A DNA stretch of 53,374 nucleotides from an uncultured Bacilli bacterium (GTDB lineage: Bacteria; Bacillota_I; Bacilli_A; RF39; UBA660), in NCBI GenBank assembly GCA_944332695.1, contig CALVKL010000001.1:1-53374 (forward strand). The letters run 5' to 3'. Below are positions 1 to 7,492 of the stretch, in pieces; position 1 is the stretch's first letter; each line of letters starts with the position of its first letter. Under the pieces are notes generated by a model. It saw nothing but the letters and a program-made list of their open reading frames with translations. It made no database searches and was not told where the DNA came from. The translations under genes were made by a program, and so were the position numbers.

Positions 1-414
1 ATAAGAAGTAAAGAAGTAACTAGTATTGTTTCACCAATTTCAAGTATTGTTGAAGTAAGAAAAAATATGGTTGATTTGCAAAGAAAAATGGCCAGTAATT
101 ATGATGTTGTTATGGAAGGAAGAGATATAACAACCGTTGTTTTTCCTAATGCCCAATATAAATTTTATTTAGATGCTTCATTGGAAGAAAGAGTAAAAAG
201 AAGAATTAAACAAAATAAAGAAAAAGGTATCGATATGAGTTATGATGAAGTTTATGAAAATATTAAAGCTCGTGATTATAATGATTCACATAAAGAAGTG
301 GGTTCATTAACGAGAACTGATGATCAAGTTTATATCGATTCTACCAATTTAACTATTGATGAGGTAGTTAATAAATTTATTGAAGTAATAGAAGGTGATA
401 AAAATGAATCTTAA
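1..414 (+). CDS. cmk: cytidylate kinase, C-terminal part (5' end lies upstream of the window)
   Basis: Frame 1 is open from nt 1 (IRSKEVTSIVSPISSIVEVRKNMVDLQRKMA..MEGRDITTVVFPNA..YKFYLDASLEERVKRR), typical of the Cmk C-terminal half. Stop at 412-414. Confidence 0.85.
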   Translation: MRSKEVTSIVSPISSIVEVRKNMVDLQRKMASNYDVVMEGRDITTVVFPNAQYKFYLDASLEERVKRRIKQNKEKGIDMSYDEVYENIKARDYNDSHKEVGSLTRTDDQVYIDSTNLTIDEVVNKFIEVIEGDKNES

Positions 415-2152
415 AGATTTATATATTGATTTTTTTATAAGTAAAGGACATAAACAAATACCATCAGCTCCAGTTGTACCGGAAAACGATCCTTCCGTTT
501 TATTTAATACAGCGGGAATGCAACCTTTAATTCCATATTTGATGGGTCAACCTCATCCTTACGGAACAAGATTAGTTGATTATCAAAAATGTATCAGAAC
601 TAACGATTTAGATAGTATTGGTGATAAAACACATCATACCTTTTTTGAAATGTTAGGTAATTGGTCATTGGGAGATTATTTTAAAGAAGAAAGTATTAAT
701 TATAGTTTTGAGTTTTTAACTAAAGTATTAAATATACCCATTAATAAATTAGCTGTAACTGTTTTTAAAGGAGAAGGAAATATACCGCGTGATGATGTTT
801 CAGCTAAAGTTTGGAAAAGTTTAGGTATTAAAGAAGATAGAATTGCTTACTTAGGTAAAGAAGATAATTTTTGGATTGCTGGAGATTCCGGACCATGTGG
901 ACCAGATACAGAAATATTTTATTTTAGAAGTGATGATGAAATACCTCAAAAATTTGATCCAAAAGATGATAGATGGGTTGAAATATGGAATAATGTTTTT
1001 ATGGAATTTTATAAAGATAACAATGGTAAAATAACAGAATTACCTAAAAAAAATGTTGATACTGGTATGGGCTATGAACGAGTAGTTGCCGTTTTAGAAG
1101 GTGTTACTGATAATTATTTATCAAGTGTATGGATTGATATTGTTAGAAAAATCGAGGAATTATCTAATTATTCATATGAAGAAAATCCCGCTAGTATTAG
1201 AATAATTGCTGATCATATAAGAACTGCAATCTTCATATTAGGAGATGAAGCTGGTATAAAACCATCTAATACTGATCAAGGATATATTTTAAGAAGATTA
1301 ATTAGGAGAGCAATAAGACATGCTAAAAAACTTGAAATCACAGATAATAATTGGGAAGTTATTATTGCCAATATGATAATTGAAAAATATCAAAAATATT
1401 ATCCTGAATTAGTTAAAAATAAAAATGTAATTTTAGATGAATTGACTAAAGAAAAAAACAAATTTGATAAAACTTTAGCTAAAGGATTAAAAGAATTTGA
1501 AAAAATTACTAATCATTTAGACGATAATGTTTTAAATAAAGATTTAGCTTTTAAATTGTATGATACATATGGATTTCCTATCGAATTAACAGTTGAACTT
1601 GCAAAAGAAAAAGGAATTGAAGTTGATCAATTAGGTTTTAAAGAAAAATTTAAAGCGCATCAAGAGTTATCAAGAACTGCTTCAAGTGGTAAATTTAAAG
1701 GTGGTTTAGCTGGTGATTCAGAAAAAGAAATAAAATATCATACAGCGACTCATTTGTTGAATGCCGCTTTAAAAGTAGTTGTCAATAAAAATATTCATCA
1801 AAAAGGAAGTAATATTACTAGTGAAAGAATGCGTTTCGATTTTTCATGTGATCATAAATTGACTGATGAAGAAAAGCAAAAAACAGAACAATTAGTTAAT
1901 AAATGGATTAGTGAAGGATTAAATGTAACTGTTATGGAAATGAGTAAAGAACAAGCTCTAAAATCAGGAGCAGAATGTATGTTCATTGAAAAATATCCAG
2001 ATATTGTAACAGTTTATAGCATTGGTGATATCTCTAAAGAACTATGTGGTGGACCACATGTTAAAAATACTAAAGAGTTAGGTAATTTTAAAATCATCAA
2101 AGAAGAGGCAAGCAGTGCGGGGGTAAGAAGAATAAAAGCTATTTTAGAATAG
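404..2152 (+). CDS. alaS: alanine--tRNA ligase, unusually short form (~582 aa)
   Basis: AlaRS core motifs are present (FNTAGMQP, FFEMLGNWSLGDYFK, GPCGPDTEIF, DTGMGYERV), as is the editing core HTATHLL...CGGPHV. ATG 404 follows GAAGGTG and overlaps the cmk stop. The locus is syntenic with Bacillus alaS-yrzL-yrrK. Confidence 0.9.
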   Translation: MNLKDLYIDFFISKGHKQIPSAPVVPENDPSVLFNTAGMQPLIPYLMGQPHPYGTRLVDYQKCIRTNDLDSIGDKTHHTFFEMLGNWSLGDYFKEESINYSFEFLTKVLNIPINKLAVTVFKGEGNIPRDDVSAKVWKSLGIKEDRIAYLGKEDNFWIAGDSGPCGPDTEIFYFRSDDEIPQKFDPKDDRWVEIWNNVFMEFYKDNNGKITELPKKNVDTGMGYERVVAVLEGVTDNYLSSVWIDIVRKIEELSNYSYEENPASIRIIADHIRTAIFILGDEAGIKPSNTDQGYILRRLIRRAIRHAKKLEITDNNWEVIIANMIIEKYQKYYPELVKNKNVILDELTKEKNKFDKTLAKGLKEFEKITNHLDDNVLNKDLAFKLYDTYGFPIELTVELAKEKGIEVDQLGFKEKFKAHQELSRTASSGKFKGGLAGDSEKEIKYHTATHLLNAALKVVVNKNIHQKGSNITSERMRFDFSCDHKLTDEEKQKTEQLVNKWISEGLNVTVMEMSKEQALKSGAECMFIEKYPDIVTVYSIGDISKELCGGPHVKNTKELGNFKIIKEEASSAGVRRIKAILE

Positions 2153-2267
2153 CTTTTATTATTAAAAAAATAGTAATTGTAATCAATATTATGTAAAAAA
2201 ATATATATTATTGTTGTAAAATAGTAATTTTTTTGATAAAATTAAGTTGTAATAGGGTGGTGTTAAT

Positions 2268-2507
2268 ATGGGCGAAACAAAAATATTCACAACTGATGAG
2301 ATAGAAGCTGAGCTAATTACTGAAACAATAAAAGAGGTAGTTGAAATACTAGAAGAAAGAGGTTATAATGCTAAAAATCAATTAGTCGGTTATCTTATGA
2401 GTGGTGATCCAGGATATATATCAAGTCATAAAGAAGCTCGAAATAAATTGACTAAATTTGAAAGAACTAGAGTTTTAGAAGTTTTAGTCGATAAATTTAT
2501 TAAATGA
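2268..2507 (+). CDS. IreB-family regulatory phosphoprotein (UPF0297, YrzL-like)
   Basis: 79 aa with LEERGYNAKNQLVGYLMSGDPGYISSHKEARN, typical of UPF0297. SD GGGTGG lies upstream, and its position after alaS matches Bacillus. Confidence 0.8.
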   Translation: MGETKIFTTDEIEAELITETIKEVVEILEERGYNAKNQLVGYLMSGDPGYISSHKEARNKLTKFERTRVLEVLVDKFIK

Positions 2508-2908
2508 AATATTTAGGTTTAGATTTAGGAACTAAGACGTTAGGATTGGCTATTTCTAACGGAACAATTGCATCTTCTTTAAAAACCATTCATTATAATA
2601 ATTTAGATGCATTGATTGAAGAACTTAAACAAATTATCGAGGAAGAAAAAATTGACTTGCTAGTTTTGGGTTTGCCCAAAAATATGAACAACACGATTGG
2701 ATCAAGAGCTAACGAAACATTAGAATTTAAAAAAAAATTAGAGCAATTAAATTATAAAGTAGTTTTACAAGACGAAAGATTATCGACAGTTTCGGCTCAT
2801 AATTATATGATTGAAGGTAATTTATCAAGAAAAAAAAGAAAAGAAAAAGTTGATAGTTTAGCTGCCACTATTATATTACAAACATATTTAGATAAGAGAG
2901 GAAATTAA
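2504..2908 (+). CDS. ruvX: putative pre-16S rRNA nuclease / Holliday junction resolvase-like YqgF
   Basis: MKYLGLDLGTKTLGLAIS... DERLSTVSA: YqgF/RuvX signature. Start overlaps the upstream stop (ATGA). Confidence 0.9.
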   Translation: MKYLGLDLGTKTLGLAISNGTIASSLKTIHYNNLDALIEELKQIIEEEKIDLLVLGLPKNMNNTIGSRANETLEFKKKLEQLNYKVVLQDERLSTVSAHNYMIEGNLSRKKRKEKVDSLAATIILQTYLDKRGN

Positions 2909-2910
2909 TT

Positions 2911-3201
2911 ATGAAAGAAGAACAAATGAAATTTAAAGTAATAGATGATAAAGGTAAGGAAATTGAATGTGAAGTTTTATTTACATTCGAATCAGATGAA
3001 ACAAAAAATAACTATATTGTATATACCGATAATACAACTGATGAACAAGGAAATACTAAAGTATATGCTTCAATTTACACACCAGGGGAAGAAGATTTGA
3101 ATTTAAAACCAATTGAAACAGAAAAGGAGTGGAAAATAATTGAAACTATCTTAAATGAGCTACAAGAAGAAGTAAAATCTAATATGGAGGATAGCGAGTA
3201 A
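2911..3201 (+). CDS. DUF1292 family protein (YrzB-like)
   Basis: 96 aa acidic protein (ECEVLFTFESDETKNNYIVYTD) in the conserved position between ruvX and mltG. Confidence 0.75.
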   Translation: MKEEQMKFKVIDDKGKEIECEVLFTFESDETKNNYIVYTDNTTDEQGNTKVYASIYTPGEEDLNLKPIETEKEWKIIETILNELQEEVKSNMEDSE

Positions 3202-3220
3202 CAATTACTCGTTTTATGCT

Positions 3221-4273
3221 ATGAAGAAGTATGTTAATATATATATTTTTGTAATAACTTTTTTGGTTATTGTTATTACTGTTAGTTGTGTTTCATATAA
3301 CATTGGAATTAGTCCAGTTAGCAAAGAAGATAAAGAAGTAATTCTTGAAGTTAAAGAAGGTAGTAGCTATTTATCGATTGCTAATGAATTAAAAGAAAAT
3401 AATTTAATTAGATCAGAGACATTTTATAAAATATATATTAAAATTTTTAACCCTAGTAAATTAGAAAAGGGTACTTATACTTTAAACGAAAACATGGGAG
3501 TAAAAAAAATAGTCGAAACTTTAGAAAAAGGTACTTTCGCAGAAACAATTTCTTTTGTTATTCCCGAGGGAAAACATATAACTGATGTTGCTAGTTATGT
3601 AAGCAAGGTAACCAATTATACTGCTGATGAATTACTTTCTTATTGGCAAAATCAAGAATTTTTAAATACTTTAATTAATAAATATTGGTTTATTACTGAT
3701 GAAATTAAAAACGATAATTTAAGATATAGTTTAGAGGGTTATTTTTTCCCAGCAACTTATGAAATTTTTAAAGATAGTAGTATAGAAGATTTAACTTATA
3801 AAATGTTAGATAAAATGGATGAAGTTTTATCAAAATATAAAAAAGAAATTGAAAGTAGTAAATATACAGTTCATGAATTATTGACATTAGCTTCAATAGT
3901 TGAACATGAAGCAATATTAGATGAGGATCGTCCAATGATTGCCCAAGTTTTTTATAATAGATTAAATAAAGGAATGAAATTAGAAAGTTGTGCAACTATT
4001 GGTTATGCAATAAATGAATGGAAATTAACTTATACTAATAATGATTTAGCTGTTGATTCACCATACAATACTTATTTTTATTATGGACTACCAGTGGGTC
4101 CTGGAGGACTACCTGGTGAGGCAAGCATCAAAGCTGTTTTATATCCTAAGTCAAATAATTATTTATTCTTTTTAGCAGATGTATTTGATAGTAGTTCAAC
4201 TAAAACATACTATTCTGAAACTTATAGTGAACATCAACAAAAATGCTTAATTTATTTGGGGTACGAATGTTAG
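3221..4273 (+). CDS. mltG: endolytic murein transglycosylase MltG (YceG family)
   Basis: N-terminal TM helix followed by a YceG domain (LASIVEHEA, VFYNRL, LESCATIGY, SPYNTY..GLPVGPG). Confidence 0.9.
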   Translation: MKKYVNIYIFVITFLVIVITVSCVSYNIGISPVSKEDKEVILEVKEGSSYLSIANELKENNLIRSETFYKIYIKIFNPSKLEKGTYTLNENMGVKKIVETLEKGTFAETISFVIPEGKHITDVASYVSKVTNYTADELLSYWQNQEFLNTLINKYWFITDEIKNDNLRYSLEGYFFPATYEIFKDSSIEDLTYKMLDKMDEVLSKYKKEIESSKYTVHELLTLASIVEHEAILDEDRPMIAQVFYNRLNKGMKLESCATIGYAINEWKLTYTNNDLAVDSPYNTYFYYGLPVGPGGLPGEASIKAVLYPKSNNYLFFLADVFDSSSTKTYYSETYSEHQQKCLIYLGYEC

Positions 4274-4836
4274 AAAATATTGAAAAATACGCTAAAGAAA
4301 ATAATATTCCAATTATGCAAAAAGAAGGAATCGAATTTTTAATAGAATTTATTAAAAAAAATAAAATAAAAAAAATCTTAGAAATCGGAACAGCAATTGG
4401 TTATTCTGCTATCAAAATGGCTTTAGTTGACGATGATATTGAAATTATATCAATTGAACGAGATAAAGAAAGATATATAGAGGCAGTTAGAAATGTTAAT
4501 TTATTCAATTTACAAAATAGAATTAAATTAATTAATCAAGATGCATTTGATGTCGAATTAACTGATAAATTTGATCTGATTTTTATTGATGCAGCTAAAG
4601 CTCAAAGTATTAAATTTTTTACGAAATTTGAAAAAAATTTAAATGATAATAAGTTTATTATAACTGATAATATCAATTTTCATGGCCTAGTTAACAGTAA
4701 CGAAAATATGAGTCGTAATTTAAAGCAATTAATTAAAAAAATAAAAAATTATATTGAATTTTTAAAAGAAAATAATCAATATATAACAACTTTTCATGAT
4801 ATTGGTGATGGTATTAGCGTAAGTGTTAAGAGGTGA
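4267..4836 (+). CDS. trmR: class I SAM-dependent O-methyltransferase, YrrM/TrmR-like
   Basis: ILEIGTAIGYSAIKMA, IFIDAAKAQ and ITDNINFHGLV align closely with my recollection of B. subtilis YrrM. Syntenic position after mltG. ATG 4267 preferred over 4243. Confidence 0.75.
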   Translation: MLENIEKYAKENNIPIMQKEGIEFLIEFIKKNKIKKILEIGTAIGYSAIKMALVDDDIEIISIERDKERYIEAVRNVNLFNLQNRIKLINQDAFDVELTDKFDLIFIDAAKAQSIKFFTKFEKNLNDNKFIITDNINFHGLVNSNENMSRNLKQLIKKIKNYIEFLKENNQYITTFHDIGDGISVSVKR

Positions 4837-4841
4837 TTAAA

Positions 4842-6209
4842 GTGCAAATAACAGTTGAAAAAACTAATAATGGTTATCGGAAAACTATGGTAGATATTAT
4901 TAATGGTCGCAAGGTTACTAGAAGAACTAACAATCGAACTAAAATAGATGAAGAAATCTTAAGTTTGTCTGGAAAAGAAGTTAAATTTGTAGTAGTTGAT
5001 AAAAGTAATATTAAAATATGTTATAAAAACGGTATTACCTTAACTTTAAAACAATATGCTAAAAATTTAGATGATTTAATTTTTAAACAAATTTTATGTA
5101 GTATTGACGATCAAACACCAATTGTTAAAAATTTAAATATAAATAAAGAAAGATTGATTCCATTACTACTTTCGGCCTCTATTTTAATTACTTCATTGAT
5201 TGGATTTGTTAACTCAGAAAGAAAATTAGACTCTAGATTTTCTAAATCTAATTCCATTATTTCTACCACATATAATCCTGTTGAGACAACTGAACCTACT
5301 GAAACTGTAGTTACAATACCTAAAGAAAATCAAACATCGGAAAAGATTGATGATATTAATTTTGATTTAGAAACGCGAATTATGCAATCAAGACAATTAT
5401 TTAATAATGTTATTGAAAATAATCAAAGTATACCATTATCTACCAATATGAATGATTATACGCTTAGAAAAATAATTAATTTTATCAATTCTGATATTGG
5501 CAAATACACTTTTGAAGTTGCTGAAGATTTCGGTGTTGATCCATATACATTTATTAGTTTAATGATGTGCGAATCAAGTTTGAATCATAAAGAAACTATC
5601 CCCGGCGGTACTATGTATAATGGTTATGGTGTTGGAATTTGTCAATTAGAAACGCCAAATGGACAAGAAATAACAGCTTTTAATTATCGTGATGGTGAAG
5701 AAGAAACAATTTATGAAACAATGGAAAATGCTTGTGATGTAAAAACAAATATAAGAATGGGCATTATGCGTTATCAAAACTCTTTACAACATTATCATGG
5801 TAATGAAAAATTAGCTTTACAATCACATAATTTTGGATGTGGTATGGTTGATTTGATTGTTGCAGTATATGCTGATGAATTAGGCGTATCCGTTTTAGAT
5901 GTAGTAAATAATATTGAAGATACTGGCTGGTTAAAATATGTAAAACAAGTTAGCGAAAACCCACATTTATTTGTTGAAACATTGGATAAAGCTAAATATA
6001 GTGATTATAGTTTAACTATTAATTATCTAGAAAACTGGCAACATAATAATTATGGTAATGGTGATTATTTAAAAGACGTTTATAGTTATTATTTAGGACT
6101 TTATAGTAGTAATATTGTTGGTAATAATATTATTCAAACTAATTTAACTAATAATGAAGTTATTAAAGTAGCACTTAGTGATGTAAAAGAAAATAATCAT
6201 ATTATTTAA
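4842..6209 (+). CDS. membrane-anchored protein with C-terminal lytic transglycosylase (SLT-like) domain
   Basis: A ~105-aa N-terminal cytoplasmic region, one TM helix (LIPLLLSASILITSLIGFV) and an extracellular domain with the catalytic-Glu context LMMCESSLNH...GVGICQLE. Start could be GTG 4833 or GTG 4842 (AAGAGG SD). Confidence 0.6.
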   Translation: MQITVEKTNNGYRKTMVDIINGRKVTRRTNNRTKIDEEILSLSGKEVKFVVVDKSNIKICYKNGITLTLKQYAKNLDDLIFKQILCSIDDQTPIVKNLNINKERLIPLLLSASILITSLIGFVNSERKLDSRFSKSNSIISTTYNPVETTEPTETVVTIPKENQTSEKIDDINFDLETRIMQSRQLFNNVIENNQSIPLSTNMNDYTLRKIINFINSDIGKYTFEVAEDFGVDPYTFISLMMCESSLNHKETIPGGTMYNGYGVGICQLETPNGQEITAFNYRDGEEETIYETMENACDVKTNIRMGIMRYQNSLQHYHGNEKLALQSHNFGCGMVDLIVAVYADELGVSVLDVVNNIEDTGWLKYVKQVSENPHLFVETLDKAKYSDYSLTINYLENWQHNNYGNGDYLKDVYSYYLGLYSSNIVGNNIIQTNLTNNEVIKVALSDVKENNHII

Positions 6210-6238
6210 ACTGATATTAATTTATCAGTTTTTTTTTT
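6208..6238 (+). terminator. rho-independent terminator
   Basis: CTGATA-ttaatt-TATCAG hairpin followed by T10. Confidence 0.8.
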
Positions 6239-6272
6239 AATTAATTTAATGTATAATAATTGTGTGATGTTT

Positions 6273-7034
6273 ATGGAATTAAAAGAAATCGAAAGAAGTA
6301 TTATCAAAAAATATCGAAAGAAAATATTTGTTCCTTTTGTTAAAGCAATCAAAGAGTTTAATTTAATAGAGGAAAACGATAAAATTGCAGTTTGTATTAG
6401 TGGTGGTAAAGATTCATTTTTATTAGCTAAATGTATGCAAGAAATAAAAAAACACGGTAAATTTAATTTTGATTTGGAATTTATTGTGATGAATCCTGGA
6501 TATAGTGAAGAAAACATCAATAAGATAAAAGAAAATTTAAATCATTTAAATATTGATGCTCATATATTTGAAACACCAATTTTTGAATTTGCTGATACAA
6601 CGGACAATCCATGTTATATGTGTGCGAAAATGCGTAGAGGTTATTTATATAGTTATGCTAAAAGTATCGGTTGTAATAAAATAGCTTTAGGACATCATTT
6701 TAATGATGTTATTGAAACAGTTTTATTAAATATGATTTTTAACGGTAATTTTAGTAGTATGGTTCCAAAAATAAAAAGTACTAATTTTGAAGGAATGACT
6801 TTGATTAGACCTCTTTATTATGTTAAAGAAGAAGATATTATCAAGTGGAGTAAATCTAATGAATTAGAATTTTTAGATTGTGCGTGCAAAGTTACTAAAA
6901 AGAACAGTGGTCAAAGAATAGTTATTAAAAACTTAGTTAATGAATTAAATAAAATATATAGTAAAGCTGATATTAACATTATGACCAGTACAAAAAATGT
7001 CAATTTAAATACTATTTTGGGGTATAAAAAATGA
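6273..7034 (+). CDS. PP-loop ATPase, TtcA-family tRNA thiolation protein
   Basis: PP-loop CISGGKDS, cysteine motifs CYMC and CAC, and GHHFND. Start is uncertain (ATG 6249, 6267 or 6273). Confidence 0.75.
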   Translation: MELKEIERSIIKKYRKKIFVPFVKAIKEFNLIEENDKIAVCISGGKDSFLLAKCMQEIKKHGKFNFDLEFIVMNPGYSEENINKIKENLNHLNIDAHIFETPIFEFADTTDNPCYMCAKMRRGYLYSYAKSIGCNKIALGHHFNDVIETVLLNMIFNGNFSSMVPKIKSTNFEGMTLIRPLYYVKEEDIIKWSKSNELEFLDCACKVTKKNSGQRIVIKNLVNELNKIYSKADINIMTSTKNVNLNTILGYKK

Positions 7035-7186
7035 TTAAAGATTTATGTTTTGAAATAATTGAAACTTGTCCTAATAACTGTATGTTTTGTTCATCTTGTT
7101 CTTCGATCGACAAAAGAAAAATAATTGATTTTGATCTATTTAAAAGAACTATCGATTATTTATTAGAAAAAGGCGCTTACGTATAA
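7031..7186 (+). pseudogene. N-terminal fragment (51 codons) of a radical SAM protein
   Basis: MIKDLCFEIIETCPNNCMFCSS carries the CxxxCxxC radical-SAM cluster motif but stops after 51 codons. ATG overlaps the ttcA-like stop (ATGA). Confidence 0.55.
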
Positions 7187-7265
7187 CAAACAATTAACAT
7201 TTTGGGAAAGTATGAAATTTTAATTATGACTAGTATATTTAGTAAAAGTATGGTATAATATAAAT

Positions 7266-7447
7266 GTCTAGGGATAGCGACAAGCTCATTTAGAAAAACC
7301 GACTAATTAACGAATATTGGGAGTCTAATTCATTAACGGTGTTGAATGCTCAATTAATTTTGAGAATCCTAAAATTGATGATGTGATGCCCACCTGGTAG
7401 AGACTAGGTTTTATCGTTAAGAGCCCGCATTCTTGGACTTTTTTTTT
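7266..7447 (+). ncRNA. candidate ~180-nt transcript or structured RNA of unknown class (alternatively decayed coding DNA)
   Basis: Extended -10 TGgTATAAT at 7251-7259. The stretch has higher GC than other spacers and ends in T10 at 7438-7447. It sits just before an independent tkt promoter (TGaTATAAT, 7459-7467). No ORF. Confidence 0.25.
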
Positions 7448-7492
7448 AGTATAAAATGTGATATAATAAAAAAAATAAAAGAGGTGATGATA

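Noticed and set aside
395-403. GTG 395 as the alaS start. Similar upstream alternative starts in the ORF track are at 4243, 7433, 9457, 9904, 11860, 13483, 16053, 17485, 18368, 24488, 25222, 27979, 28688, 30201, 34840, 36212, 41084, 44172, 46078, 48261 and 49150.
   Set aside because: In each case an internal ATG with a properly spaced SD, and an N-terminus matching the protein family, is more plausible. The longest-ORF coordinates over-extend the genes.
6206-6520. 104-aa minus-strand ORF. The same class includes 3768-3995, 7996-8178, 9946-10212, 11904-12125, 12692-13126, 19239-19604, 22505-22795, 25425-25637, 26481-26735, 28611-28880, 29606-30210, 30677-30880, 32091-32297, 33061-33282, 35300-35482, 38340-38546, 39176-39445, 42259-43490, 43472-43663, 46999-47220, 48683-49069 and 50866-51202.
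   Set aside because: All are antisense to, or overlap, well-supported + strand genes. They lack SD sequences and have shadow-ORF composition.
7260-7447. Possible TPP riboswitch (tkt is TPP-dependent), ykkC-type (CTAGGG...ACG...GGGAG), fluoride, hammerhead (TTGATGA) or T-box element
   Set aside because: Only fragments of each consensus are present: no GGGGTGC/CTGAGA/ACCTGATCTGG core, no GGTCCGAGAG, no GAAA with matching helices, and no GGTGGTACCGCG. I cannot support any named class without a covariance-model search.
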